The notes beneath the pieces are model-generated. The model did no database searches. It worked only from the letters and a program-made list of their open reading frames with translations, and was not told where the DNA came from. 64,000 nucleotides of DNA from positions 340,256,001-340,320,000 of the forward strand of contig OZ024740.1 of assembly GCA_964016885.1 (NCBI GenBank), in the 5' to 3' direction. Source of the DNA: Eledone cirrhosa. Lineage: Eukaryota. Below, piece by piece: positions 12,670 through 24,957 of this stretch (position 1 is its first letter; each line of letters starts with the position of its first letter). The translations under genes were made by a program, and so were the position numbers.

Positions 12670-12930
12670 TAAGAGGAATCAGATATAGTGTACAAGAGTG
12701 GAGACTGTGATGGTATGGACATGTGATGCACATGGATGATGATCGCTGAATGAAAAAGTGCTAAGTAATCCCAGTGGAAGGAATCCACAGTAGAGGAAGA
12801 CCAAGGAAGACCTTGGTGGGACTGATGAGAGCTAATCTCAAATTGCTAAAGCTCACAGAGATGACAAAGGAACATAACAAGTGGAGATATGCTGTACTGA
12901 AAAGGACCTCTCTGTCCCATGCAAATGTGA
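12670..12930 (+). mobile_element. Degenerate RTE 3' end
   Basis: WYGHVMHMDDDR, RGRPRKT and AVLKRT remnants. Confidence 0.8.
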
Positions 12931-13465
12931 AATAGCAAATTTATAACAATGACAGTGAAATGTGACCTCAAAAAACTACACCTCGCAAAAGAGATGAAAA
13001 AAGAAACAAGTAGAATGATGATGTACTGGAGAAGACTTGTATAACCCATGTGAGCATAGAAAAACAGACATTAAAATGATGATGATGATGTGCTCGAGCA
13101 ATTTATATGGTATTTCACTAAGACACAAACAATAATAAAATCTTCATTGTTAGCAGCCCAGCTACTCCAAACATCGTAAATGTCATGAGCATTAACATTT
13201 TTTAAACAATGACTTTCAAGATATTCAGAAGAGCTGGAGAGCTGACAAAGTTTTGATAACATTGGCAGCTCATCTTACTAAAGTATCAGTTGATACTCAT
13301 TATGTGTGATAATACCAAGTGCTTTAGGTTGCCTTAAATTTAGAGAGCAACACCAGCATTCTCTCATGTAATGAGTAATTGAGAGAGTGTGCATGTTTTT
13401 TCTTACTGTTTTTTTCTTTTATTTTATTGTTATTATCTACTTGCTTTGTCTAATCAATAAAGATA

Positions 13466-13775
13466 TGTGGTTTAGTGGTTAGGGTATTCAGTTTACAATT
13501 GTAAGGTAGTGAGTTCAATTCACAGTGGCATGTCATGTCCTTGAGCAAGGTATTTTACTTCACATTTCTCCAGTCCCTCAACCATCAAAAGTGAGTTATA
13601 CCTGTAACTCTAAGGGCCAGCTTTGTCACACAATGTGTCATGCTGAATCTCCCTGAGAACTACATTAAGGGCACACCTGTCAATGGAATGCTCAGCCACT
13701 TGCATGTTAACTTTATGAGCAGGTTGTTCCATAAGTCAAACAACTAAAATACTTATTGTCGTAAGTGATAGAAGT
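13466..13775 (+). mobile_element. tRNA-derived SINE of the tgtccttgagcaag family; related copies ~7000-7205(-), 30390-30550(+), 34075-34350(+), 38215-38525(-), 39970-40080(+), 47040-47300(+), 54480-54755(-)
   Basis: A box gtggtttagtggttagg, B box gagttcaattc, then gtccttgagcaagg..ttacttcacat..ctccagtc. Confidence 0.75.
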
Positions 13776-14429
13776 CCAACCCTAATCCTAACCCTAATCA
13801 AATAAAAATATGCCTATTTAAAAAGAAATATGGTCAGCATACAACTTCCTTTCTCTTATTTAATGTTTTGCCAGTCATTTCAGCATTATAGAATGACCTG
13901 TAATGACGAGTGTTATAATGTTCTAACTGTAAATGTTTTCATTGTAAGATTTGGAAATATAGAAACATGTGATGGATTTTTTTTTGTCTATCATAGAAGA
14001 ATTAACTAGTAAGGTGGCTGTTACATTTTTAATCTAGTTTTTATTTAATAAAGAGAAAGATATTCCCTAAATGTTTCTCACCCCTTTCTGTTCAAACTGG
14101 CCATAATCAACTGCTCATGCATATGTTAAGGTGTGGTTCTTAAAATAAATGATATCACAATCTCATAGCTTCGATATTATGTGAGATAATTATTTGAAGT
14201 AAAGCCTTTACCATGAAAATATATTAGTAAATATATAATAGTAAATATCAGTTCCCGTCCCACCCTTGCAAGCAAGGAAAAGCAGACGTAAAATGATGAT
14301 GATGATATGATGATTGTCCACCCAATTCTACATGAATACCCACAGGACCTTTAGCTAAACTTAACTATTTACATTTTTCATTTTTGTTTTATCTTATCTA
14401 ATAGCAAAGTATGATAGAAGAAATATTAC

Positions 14430-14595
14430 CATTTCATTTTGTGTTAATGTTCCAGTTTTATCAGACATCAAGTAACTAATCCGTCCTAATTCCTCTGCAA
14501 TTGTTGTACTGCGAGCAATTGTACCTTCAATATTTTTATCTTTTTGAATCATCCAAGAATAGACAGCTTTGCCCATATCGAGGTTTACACGTAAA
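14430..14595 (-). CDS. ATP9: ATP9-like exon 10 (LRVNLDMGK...[22 protein letters not shown]), phosphorylation site
   Basis: DKTGTLT motif; tag/gtaata boundaries. Confidence 0.97.
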
Positions 14596-15319
14596 CTAGA
14601 AATAAAACAGACATAAAGCAAATTAACTTTACTAATTAACAACATTATGTCAAGACTGCTGTAAAGTTAGATCAAATGATCTGCTACAGGCAATCATGTA
14701 AACCAGTAACACTAGAGTCCTACTTTGATGAATGGAGGGTGGAATATATATCTACAAGAGATGATAAACTCAACAAGGAGCCAACAGCCATCAAACCTAC
14801 AAATGGAGTAGGGGTGGAGGACATTAACACTTTCATTACCATATTTCTAATGAAAAACATTATTTTCAAATTACTTTTAAAATAATCAAAAATTTTAAAG
14901 GGTTTAATAATATAACTAACTTTCTCATTAAGATGGTATTTAAAGCATAACTTAAAGGTTCTTAAAATTATGGGGAAAACTTTAATTAAATATAAACAGG
15001 GGCAGGTTCAAGCAGTTTGGTATCAAAAGGGTTATGGCTTTTGATTCTAGCTAAGTCTTTTGGTAACCACTACACCCAGTTGTCTCTTAGCTTTCCTCTG
15101 ACTAAAGGAAAGCTAAGCAATAAAAGCCCCTTGACAAGTATAAGGATCACTCAAGGCTGTTTAAATCAATCATATCTAAGATTATCACCCCCTCATCTCA
15201 ACCATCAGTCACTGTAAAAGAGTGATGTTGTTCCTATGTAGTTGGAAATGAGACACTATATATTAATTCAGTTTCAATTGTAAATATAATCAGCTTCTAT
15301 TCAAGAAACATTTAATATT

Positions 15320-15525
15320 GCTTGTAGAATTGATAGAGCATTAGATAAAATGTGCCATGGCAGTATTTTTTTCTGGCTCTTTAAATTCTAAGTTCATATC
15401 CCACCATGGTTAACTTTGCCTTTCATCCTTCTGGGGTCGATAAAATAAGGTAGTAATCAAGTACTGGGGTTATTTAATCAACTCTACTTTTCCCCAAATA
15501 TTTGCTGGCCTTGAGCCTAAATAAA
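15320..15525 (+). mobile_element. Nin/Deu-domain SINE
   Basis: actttgcctttcatccttctggggtcgataaaataag core and ctggccttgagcc tail. Confidence 0.8.
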
Positions 15526-15566
15526 AAAAAATCAATGTTGCTTATAGAAGTGAAAGAAGAACTCAC

Positions 15567-15637
15567 CTAATAGGAATTATATAAGAAAATAACAAAATAT
15601 ATCTGAAGAGATAAATATACCAAGGTCCACCAAATCC
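15567..15637 (-). CDS. ATP9: ATP9-like exon 9 (GFGGPWYIYLFRYILLFSYIIPI-S), TM4
   Basis: cag/gtgagt boundaries, phase-2 end; forms PISL with the next exon. Confidence 0.95.
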
Positions 15638-16849
15638 CTGAAAATATTTCAAACAAACAACTTCATTAAAGAAAATATATAAACATCAAGTTATTTCATT
15701 TCTTGATAATGTGTGTATTTGGTGCATTGTTTCAGTATCAAATGAGTGGAGAGTACTAGAGCTTAAATAGTGGTGGTTATCATTGCAGTGTAGACCTCAC
15801 AGACCTATGACATAAAGTTTACTGGCTGAACATCTAGGTGTTTAGTCCCAGGTTAACCCTGAATGAGTGGACCTATGATCAAAAGCATTCAAACCACAGC
15901 CATCCTGTTTTTTGTTCAGTTTTAGTGTATCCAGAACTATATTATCCAACGTCTCTTCCTTTTTTTTCTTTTTTAAAGAAAGTTTGGTGTAATCCAAGGA
16001 AGATTTTCCTACTATTCTAGCAGATCAAATGATTGCATAGAGGCTCTCTTCATTGGAACATCTAAGTCATCAAGATATTCCTACACTCTAACTGGTTGAA
16101 GTCCACACTGCACTCTTAAATAGGATCAGGTTTAGTTTAATATTCTCAACATTAATATAGCAAAATATTTTTTTCAAAAACACTAAAAGTGAAATCCTGA
16201 TGAAAGAAAAATAAAACAATATAAATATGGAACAAAGAAAACCATGATTCAAATAAGATTGATACAATGGAAGAATATGTTGATGAAATGGAGATGTTAT
16301 TTTGTTCAATATTTCAAAATAAAATAAAATAAACAATTTATTAATGCTTACACAGTGAAAACTTTTGCCCTAAAATTATATGGATGACAAACATTTTAAA
16401 AATCAACCCAACGAGGATGAACAATGCCTTCACACACCTGTTGGAGAAACCCCTCCCTGATTGACCTCCACTGCTTTTTGTTTGGTTTTGGTCATGTCAT
16501 GGGTGTAGCCATCCATACTCACCATACTTGGCCAATTGTGGGTTGGTGAGGCTACTTAACCCATAGTTGGGGTGGATAGCTGTTGACAGTGAGAGGTTCA
16601 TCTGTCTTTTTAACAGCTCTTGTTAAAAGGGTCGATGAATTTGAAATCATGTTTGCTAATTCAAATGTTTATAGTATCTTTACTAGTGGATAGATCATTG
16701 TAAATATTTGCAATAAACTAAAGACTAATTTTTTATGTGATGTAGTCATAGTGTTCTGTACTTTTCAAAAATGCCTTGCTAATATGATTTCATGTGGAAC
16801 AGGATGTTAAGAGGTAATGTTTTCTAAGAGATATGAAAGATAAATTTAC

Positions 16850-16939
16850 CTTTAGGATAATCATAACAATTGCTAAGATGACAACAGCTAGAAACAATAC
16901 TTTGGTAATATTGTTGATTTCAATATCAAGTAATCCTAC
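16850..16939 (-). CDS. ATP9: ATP9-like exon 8 (VGLLDIEINNITKVLFLAVVILAIVMIILK), TM3
   Basis: cag/gtaaat boundaries, 90 nt. Confidence 0.94.
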
Positions 16940-17117
16940 CTGAAGAAGAAAAATAAAAAAAAATCAAGTTAGTTAAAATTATCAGAATCCATCAAGCTGT
17001 TTCCATTTCTTAATCAAACTCAGATGCATATTCACTTTCCTATGTTATAGAATCTCTAGGGATAATGACACCTCAGAAACGAAACCTGAAGGCGACACTT
17101 TTCAGTAATGTAGTTCA

Positions 17118-17595
17118 TCATCATTATCATCATTTTTAAGTCTGTTTTTCCATGATTGTATGAGTTGGATGTATTGTCTGCTACACAACACTTGTTGTGG
17201 ATCTTTGTCATCTCCTTTGTGGTGTTCAGCTTTTACCACTGCTGCCCATGTCTTTCTTAGTCTTCATCTTCCTTGGATTCCTTCCACTTGAAGTCCCTGG
17301 CACTTCTTTCCATGCACTTTACATATCTGTACCAGTGCAATCATCTCTCTTGCATACAACATCCAATTCCTCTTATATAACTTTTTCTCTCAATTCATTT
17401 GTTTCATCATTCATGCACACTAACGCTACATATTCAACAGAGCATGCTCACCTTGTTTCTTTCCAGCCTTCACACGCACTCTGTATTCAATGCTCATCAC
17501 TTCAATATTGCACTATATTCACAACCATCATACAATCTACTTTTTGTTTAGAAAGTAAGTCTCTTTGTAACCAGCAGAGCTAATAGCTCCTGCAT
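17118..17595 (-). mobile_element. Old RTE 3' end
   Basis: (CAT)n tail with degenerate RPRKT, LERNE.SML and LRTKGRL-like segments. Confidence 0.7.
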
Positions 17596-17793
17596 AATTG
17601 AGAAATGTTAATTATGCAATGATTTCTCATTAAAATGTTCATTTACCTGGAATATAGCATATCTTACAGCATCTATACAGTCTCAATAGAACATACATTT
17701 TACAGCATACTAAGCTATAATGTGAAAATTCTTCAGATAGTTATAATGAAGCTGTGCATCTAAATATAAAAAATAATTTAGAAATTTGCTCAC

Positions 17794-17943
17794 TTTGCTC
17801 TTTGGTTGAGATGTATTCATCACACTGCGGGTGTCCATACCAGTATAAATGACTAGTCCTAAAGCAGTACCAGAAGCAATCACTGTGTTTGCCCATAATA
17901 CATTTTCAATACTCAAAGATGCTTCAGCACTATTTTCACCTGT
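17794..17943 (-). CDS. ATP9: ATP9-like exon 7 ([25 protein letters not shown]...[11 protein letters not shown])
   Basis: cag/gtgagc boundaries, 150 nt; LWANTV and YTG..TRSVMN motifs. Confidence 0.95.
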
Positions 17944-18963
17944 CTGAAGAAATCATAGAGAAAATAAAGTTAGTAAGAAATAGAATCAAAGACAAAGAAT
18001 ATCTCCTAGCCTTTAGTATTAAAGAAATTTTCATGAAACATTTTACAACTGGTAATTATCAACAATTTGATGGAGGCTACAGTACAAAATATCAATACAA
18101 AAGATTGCTAAGACCAGGCATAGTCCTGATCTATTCGAACTGCTCCTACTGCTCAATATAATCAAATAAAATGAGACTTGCCCAAGGTGTCCACGCAATT
18201 AAAGGATTAAAACTCTTTATCACTAAACTACACTAACTGCTTGGGTAATAAACATGTATTTAGTTACTTACTGACAGAGTAATGAAAGTTTAGATTAATT
18301 GTAAATATAAGTTGGTGATAGAAAAGCATCCTGCTGTAGAAGATTTTCCAAACAGTTGAGAAGATTTCAGTTGTGTCAAATATATTACAACCTCCCTAGT
18401 GCTGGTGCCACAATAAAATGCACTTGGCACACACCATAAAGAGAGGAATCATATGTATGCAAGATGCAGCCCCCAGCCATCTGTGAGGTTCTATCATAAA
18501 CCACTTTACAGCATGTACTGGGTGTATTTTATCATGGCACAAGGACTAAAGAAGTTGTCATGTCCTTGACATAACTGAAGAGTCCTTTCGGCCCTTTCTT
18601 TGACATGGTTTCTCGGCTGGGTTCCCTTCTTAATACCAATCACTTTACAGAGTATACTGTGTGTCTTTAATCATGGCACTAGCACTGGGAAGTTTGACAG
18701 TTTCTATACTGGATGTCTTTCCTGGCATAATGGACATGTTGAATAAAAATACCCTGTGGCATTTCATTTCATATCAGTTGCCTCTACTTTACATCTGGTT
18801 GACTTAGTTTGTCATCTTTTATGAGATTGATAAACAAATACCAAACAAAGTACTAGGGTCAATATAATGGACTAAAAAGAGATTCTTGAAGGTGATGCCC
18901 CTACATGGCTGCAATCCAATGACAAACCAATAAAAGAATAAAATAAGTTCATGTGTAACTTAC

Positions 18964-19044
18964 CATAGTAAATGTTCCAACAAAATTATGAATATCTTTG
19001 CTTGGCTTCTCAGCATAAACATGGGCTGTAATATCTAGTAGACT
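18964..19044 (-). CDS. ATP9: ATP9-like exon 6 (SLLDITAHVYAEKPSKDIHNFVGTFTM)
   Basis: cag/gtaagt boundaries, 81 nt; YAE.P..DIH.F.GTF motif. Confidence 0.93.
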
Positions 19045-19843
19045 CTGCAATTAGACATCATAAATGTATAATTAACTAATAACTGAAGACTGAAAAGACA
19101 TAGAAATATGGGAAGGAGATCATGATGCCAATAAAAGAACATGTACTAGTATTTCATTTGTTTTATTAATTAGAATAATTAGTTAACTAACTTTCTCATT
19201 ATTTATCTGGTGTTTGGAACATAACCTAACATAGGTTCTAAAATAAATAAAAGGTTCTGGAAGGTTTTTAGATAAATACAAACTCTTTAAAATAAAATGG
19301 TTTTGTATCATAGAAGAAGGAGCAGTTTGGTATCAAAAGGGTTAACTGTGCTATTTTCTTTACTATTCATTCAGTGATTTAGCTGGACTAGTTACCAAAT
19401 AATAGGTTGGCCAAGTCAAAACTGATAGCATAAACAACAACATATCTGGAGCTTCTGTATGTCACATGAGGCCATGTTCTCCTTCAAGGGGCTACACAAC
19501 AAAAGCAAATATTAATACTGGTTGGTTGGATCAAAGCTGAACTCTAGCTAACAACCTCCTCTTTGTTACATCCAAGCTGGTAGGAAAGTGGCCCTAGACA
19601 AACATTTTTAGACTACTATGAATTTGGAAACAGTTCAAATTATTTTAATCAAATATAGAAACATCTAGTAAAAATTCAACTTACTATCACACACATCATC
19701 TATTTACACATTAACTATACAAGCAAGACACGGTCACCCGACCAAACTTGCCTTAAATGGGACAAACCTGTCTAACTCTTGCTAACGTGGAAGATAGACG
19801 TTAAATGATGATGATGTGGTGGGAAGGTTGGGGGAGTGTTTTA

Positions 19844-19935
19844 TTAGGTTGTCCTATAATTTTTAATGTTTTTTCACAAGATGTCAATAATCAACAATAT
19901 ATGATGTGTTTAATGCAAGTGCACCATACTATGAT

Positions 19936-19966
<31 letters not shown>

Positions 19967-21032
19967 GGGGGCATTCATAAACTAACAACCTTTATTCCAA
20001 TTGTTTGGTTCTGTAAGTGTTGAATCAATAAAACCCTAGAACAGCACAGACATAAACAAGTTTCGTTTGGTTTTTCTTTATGAATACAAGCTGATAAAAT
20101 CAGCTCCTGAAACTGTAGAAAACATCAATAATGCATCTGGTGAGGGTTCTGTTGATGTTCGCAGAGGTGATTCAAAAGGGTCTGACAAGGTGTCAAATGT
20201 CTTGATAGCTTTAAGTATACAGGAAGAAAGTGAACCCTTAATAACAAATCTCTCGGGGAAGCCATAAAGACAAAACCTTGAACATTACACTGTAAACCAG
20301 CACAAGATCCAAAACAACCATTTCTAAACACTTGAGGGAAATTGGAAAGAAAGAGTAGATGGATAAATGGCTTCCACATGAACTGACAAAGAGCCAGAAA
20401 AAAAATACATAACAATTTCTGTTCAACTCTGTTGCTAACACATGAAAATGATCCATTCCTCAAACACACAAAGTAGATTCTCTTTAACAACACAAGAACA
20501 AAGTACCAAATTATTTCCCAAAGTTTAAGTTCCATAAGGAAAAGTGTTTAGTGACAGTATGGTAAACTTTTAAGGGAGTAATTCATCCACTACAGTTACT
20601 TAAAAACCAAATAAATGTAGGTGAAATGCACAGAAAGCTGTGCCAAAAACAGCCTGCCTTGGTCGACAGTCATGGCCCAATTCTTCGTGATAATGCTCTC
20701 TCACATATGACAAAACTGAACAATTTGAGAATCAGAATTTTATCTCACCCTCCATATTCTCCAGACCTCTCTCATACTGACTATCATTTTTATTTTTCAA
20801 ACACATTGACAGCTATCAAAGAATAAACAGCTTCAAAATACAACAGCTATAGAAGCCATTAAAGTGTTTATCAACTCTAGGGATGCTGGACTTTATAGCA
20901 AGGGTATAAACAACCTTATACATTGGCAGAAGTGTATTCAATCTCAACGAAGATATTTTGATTAAATATATTTTATTCTTCCTGTTTTTTGTTAACCTCA
21001 AAGTCTTTAAGTAACATTATGGGAGAACCTGA
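19844..21032 (+). mobile_element. Decayed full-length mariner transposon (Hsmar1/SETMAR-like transposase relic)
   Basis: TA-flanked TIRs ttaggttgtcctataa / ttatgggagaacctga; relics VFLYEYKL..A.ET.ENINNA.GEG, RDNA..H and HPPYSPDL..TDYHF; about 1.2 kb. Confidence 0.88.
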
Positions 21033-21119
21033 TAGTAACTTTTTTGTAGGGTTGTTTTGTTTTGTTTTCTATAAGATGGCCATATGAAAGGGGAAAAGGG
21101 CCCATGACTTTTGCACACA

Positions 21120-21500
21120 GACTGGTGAGATTGATGTGGTTGATGTATAGCTTGAACATCTGAAGCTCAATGTCTGTAAGAAAAATATGGGTTGGAAAAG
21201 TGTTCCAAGGGTTTCTACCATGTGAAAGAATAATAAGGTAAAATGTTCAGAGCAGAATCAAGAGATAGGATACAATAAAAGTAGAGATGAGAGGAGGAAA
21301 AACAGGTGTATTGAATGGGTGTAGATAGGGAGGGTATGCAGATTAGAGGTGTAAAGACTGTTGTAGAAATAGTAGCAGAAGCAGACAGAGAAAACAATAA
21401 ATCAGTGAGCTAGTAGCTATGTGTTGGAGAATCTTTGCCAATGATATAGCCTTCTTTTGTGTGTGTAACAGCAACACCATTCCATAGACATGAATAGCAT
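21120..21500 (-). mobile_element. Decayed CR1/L2-like LINE 3' portion
   Basis: Minus-strand relics resemble the WN.LP..F....L..FK C-terminus; similar sequence near 39620-39960. Confidence 0.45.
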
Positions 21501-22109
21501 TCCAGTGAAAAGAATGAGCAACTAACTAGGACTGAAGTACGTCCAGACAATAACCTAGACAGACAAAAGCAAGAGGAGGAGGAGGACAAGCGAGTACTTA
21601 ATACTAGTAGCAGGAAATAAACAAATGTCTAATATCCTAGTAACTGGGTTGTTGTCTGTAGTTTAACAATGAAACCCTCCAATTGTTACAATGAAACCCA
21701 ATTAAAAATGCTGACTATATCTTCTCTAAAAAGAGTTTTGACAACAGAAGTTCTCAAACTAATTTAGCAATGAGTTGTTTAATTCCAAGTGCGCATTTGT
21801 TGAGGAAACCTATGACCACAGGTATTCCATCTATGACACCCTGCCTTATTATATATCAGGAACTATACTGCCCTTGCTTTAAGACAGTAGTGTGTGCTTT
21901 CACAGAGATATGGCTTCTACTTCTAGAAGTCACCATAGAGGTATTTTCAATGGTTAAGGAACGTTAACACTTTCATGAATATATTTCTAATGAAATACAC
22001 TTTATTTCAATAAATTAATGAAGAATTTTGAGGGATTTAATGAAATTATTAATTATTTCATTATTAAGATGGTAACTTAATATATGGTTCTTATATAAAA
22101 TCAATGGAA

Positions 22110-22710
22110 GCTATGGTGTAGGAAGATTTGGAATGAGGTGATAAAAGCTGACCTTGCCCAATTGCACCTCTCAAAGGTAATGACACAGGACTGAGATTGC
22201 TGGCGTTATGCAGTAATACAGAAGACCTGCCTTCCCATGTACTCAGGTTGGAGCATACATCTACTATGCACCACATTCCCCTCCATCCCCCTTCCATACA
22301 GTCCCCATGTCCTAACACTCCACCGCTCACTCACATCCCTAGATCTACCTTCCCAATCCCATGCACCTCCCCCACCCAAGTCCCCAGTCCACACTGTAAA
22401 GTGAGCATTTTAGTTCCACGACAAAAACCACTCAGTCCAAACTGTAAGGTGGCCTTGTAGGTGTCACAACAAAAAGTGCTCAGCCTACACTGAAAAGTAG
22501 TCACGTAGGTGTCACGAGAAAAAGTGCCCAGCACACACTGTAAATGTGGTTGACATTCGGAAGAGCATCCAGCTGTAGAAACCAAGCTAAAATCAGTCCT
22601 GTATGAGCAAGAAATGGTCATGACCTGACTTGTCTAACAATAAGACAACTTGTCTAACCCATGCTAGCATGGAAAATGGACATTAAACAGTGATGATGAT
22701 GATGATGATA
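22110..22710 (+). mobile_element. RTE 3' end with long tandem-repeat 3' UTR and (ATG)n tail
   Basis: W.EVIKADLAQLHLSK..T.D relic, gtcac/gtgcc units, ccatgctagcatgg, gatgatgatg. Confidence 0.85.
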
Positions 22711-22972
22711 TAAAATCCTGTTGCAAGATTCTAATTCAAACTCATTAAAATGGGTGGTTTTATTTCATAGAACCAAAGTCAGTTTTGGGTTAAATAGTGT
22801 TTTTATAAATAAATCCTTTATCACTTTTTTGTACAGTGACAATTTGTCACTAGCTTATGGAACTCACTCAGTGCCAATAGAAAGAGCAAGTATAGAGAGA
22901 AGGAGCAAGTGTTATCTTTAAAGTAGAGCATAAAGATAAAAGAATAAAACTAAATGTAAATCAGGTTCTTAC

Positions 22973-23119
22973 TGCATCTGAGGGAAGATGCTGAGTAGAT
23001 TGCATAGCTAAACGTAATTTCCAATCCGTTTCGCCATCCATTTGGTCCGTCCGAATGAAGCAAGACCCAACTTTTTCTGTTGTCCGAATTAAAACCATAT
23101 CAGCAGGCACTCGTTGGTT
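22973..23119 (-). CDS. ATP9: ATP9-like exon 5 ([13 protein letters not shown]...[14 protein letters not shown]...), actuator domain
   Basis: P4-specific DGET motif; cag/gtaaga boundaries, 147 nt. Confidence 0.96.
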
Positions 23120-23519
23120 CTGAAAAGAGGATATAAAAATTAGTTAAAAACTTAAGGAATCTCAAATAATTTTGATTCAAAATAACTTTAAAAGAGTTAT
23201 GAAATTTTCAACATTGATGTTTATCTAAAAGCTTTCCATTGTAATTTTATTAACCTTTGTTAAGTTACGTTCCAAACACTAGCTTGATAATGGAAAGTTA
23301 ATTATATTACTGAAGCCTTCTTAATGTTTGACTATTTTCAAAATGATTTGAAAATTATAGGCAGTGCCTTTCAATATGTTAACAAAAGAGTTTGCATGAT
23401 GATATAAAAAGCTGACAAATTGTATAACCTAATTAAGAATTACTACTAACATGGGAGGACAGAATATGCTGAGAATGTTCAGTAGCTGTAAATGTGAGAG
23501 AACAATAAACATTGCTTAC

Positions 23520-23687
23520 TTTTTCAACAGTTATTAAATCCCCAACTTTAATATTGGAACTAGGTAGTAATTTCAATCCATCACGTGTAAGTTTTCCATA
23601 TAGTTGAGAGTTGGCTTCTTTATCTCTTCGGTAACGCTGGTAGTCATCAAAGCCTTCCCTCACCATTGTCACAAATATTACAAAGCA
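23520..23687 (-). CDS. ATP9: ATP9-like exon 4 (CFVIFVTMVREGFDD...IKVGDLITVEK)
   Basis: tag/gtaagc boundaries, 168 nt; TM2 and the VGD motif. Confidence 0.95.
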
Positions 23688-24740
23688 CTATAAAGCAAAA
23701 CAAGAAAATACATTGAAACTTTACATTTCGGGTATAAGTTGCACCTTTTTCCAACAAAATATGACATGAAAATCTACAGGACCCACAAAACACCAATTCA
23801 AAATATGTGGTACTTGTAAATGTTGTATGCAAAGTGGAATCATAATTATACAGGCACAACATATACATGAATATATATGGTATATTCCCACATACCAATA
23901 AAAGTTTTCATATGCCACCACAAGCATGCATGCCATAGGTTTACCCTGCCCCTGTCCATTCTCATATTCCTGGCACTAGGAGAGACCTTATAGGAGATTA
24001 GAGAGTCTAGATGGTAAACACATATGATAAGACATCGAAAAGGATATATATATATCATCATTTAATGTCTATCTTCCACGCTAGTATGGGTTAGACGGGT
24101 TTGTCCTACTTGAGGCAAGTTGGGTCAGGTGACAGTGTCTCGTTTGTATAGGACTATATATATATATATAAAAAAAACAGCTGTATCCAGTTTAGAAAAG
24201 GTACACTGTATCCTTGCTGGTTACAAGAAGTGACAAAAAGCATTGGTGTCAAAAAGGGCATCTGACTGTAAAACAGTACCCCAAAAATTATCTTTATCCT
24301 TTTTTCGCTGACTTCTCTACGTCAGCATGGGTTAGACAGGACTTTTGGGAGCAGTATTTTACAGCCAGATGCCCTTCCTAACACCAATGCTTTTCGTCAC
24401 TTCTTACATGCAAGGATAGAATGTACCTTTTCTAAACCAGATACACATTACTATGATACACAGTCATATATAATATACACATATACATATATATCAATGA
24501 TATTAATAAATGGAAACTATATTTATAAAACCATATTTATTCTATTATATATATTTCAAGGGTACCAAAACTTTGGTACGCTCTCATCAGATAAAATACA
24601 AAGTTTGTTTTATAAATATTGACATATCCAAGGAGATCTTAACGGGTCAAGTTTTTCCCTTTTGCTTATATATATATATATTATATATATCCTTCTCCAT
24701 CCAGTTCTATCTCTGTTAATATATATATATATGTACACAC

Positions 24741-24848
24741 ATACAGGGTGTCCCCCAAAATGTATACATACTTCACCAGCATTCTAATAAATATTACCAA
24801 TACAGGTAATCAAAGTGTGTATACATTTTTGTGGAACATTCTGTATTA

Positions 24849-24881
<33 letters not shown>

Positions 24882-24917
24882 TGTTGAAGTGTGTATACAT
24901 TTTGGGGGACACCCTGT
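24741..24917. mobile_element. Tc1/mariner-type MITE with TIR CAGGGTGTCCCCCAAAATGTATACA
   Basis: tacagggtgtcccccaaaatgtatacatacttcaccagcattcta is inverted at 24873-24917, around a (TA)n tract. Confidence 0.75.
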
Positions 24918-24926
24918 GTGTGTGTA

Positions 24927-24954
<28 letters not shown>

Positions 24955-24957
<3 letters not shown>

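Noticed and set aside
13778-13800. Telomere-like (TAACCC) motif
   Set aside because: Only about three imperfect units at a SINE end
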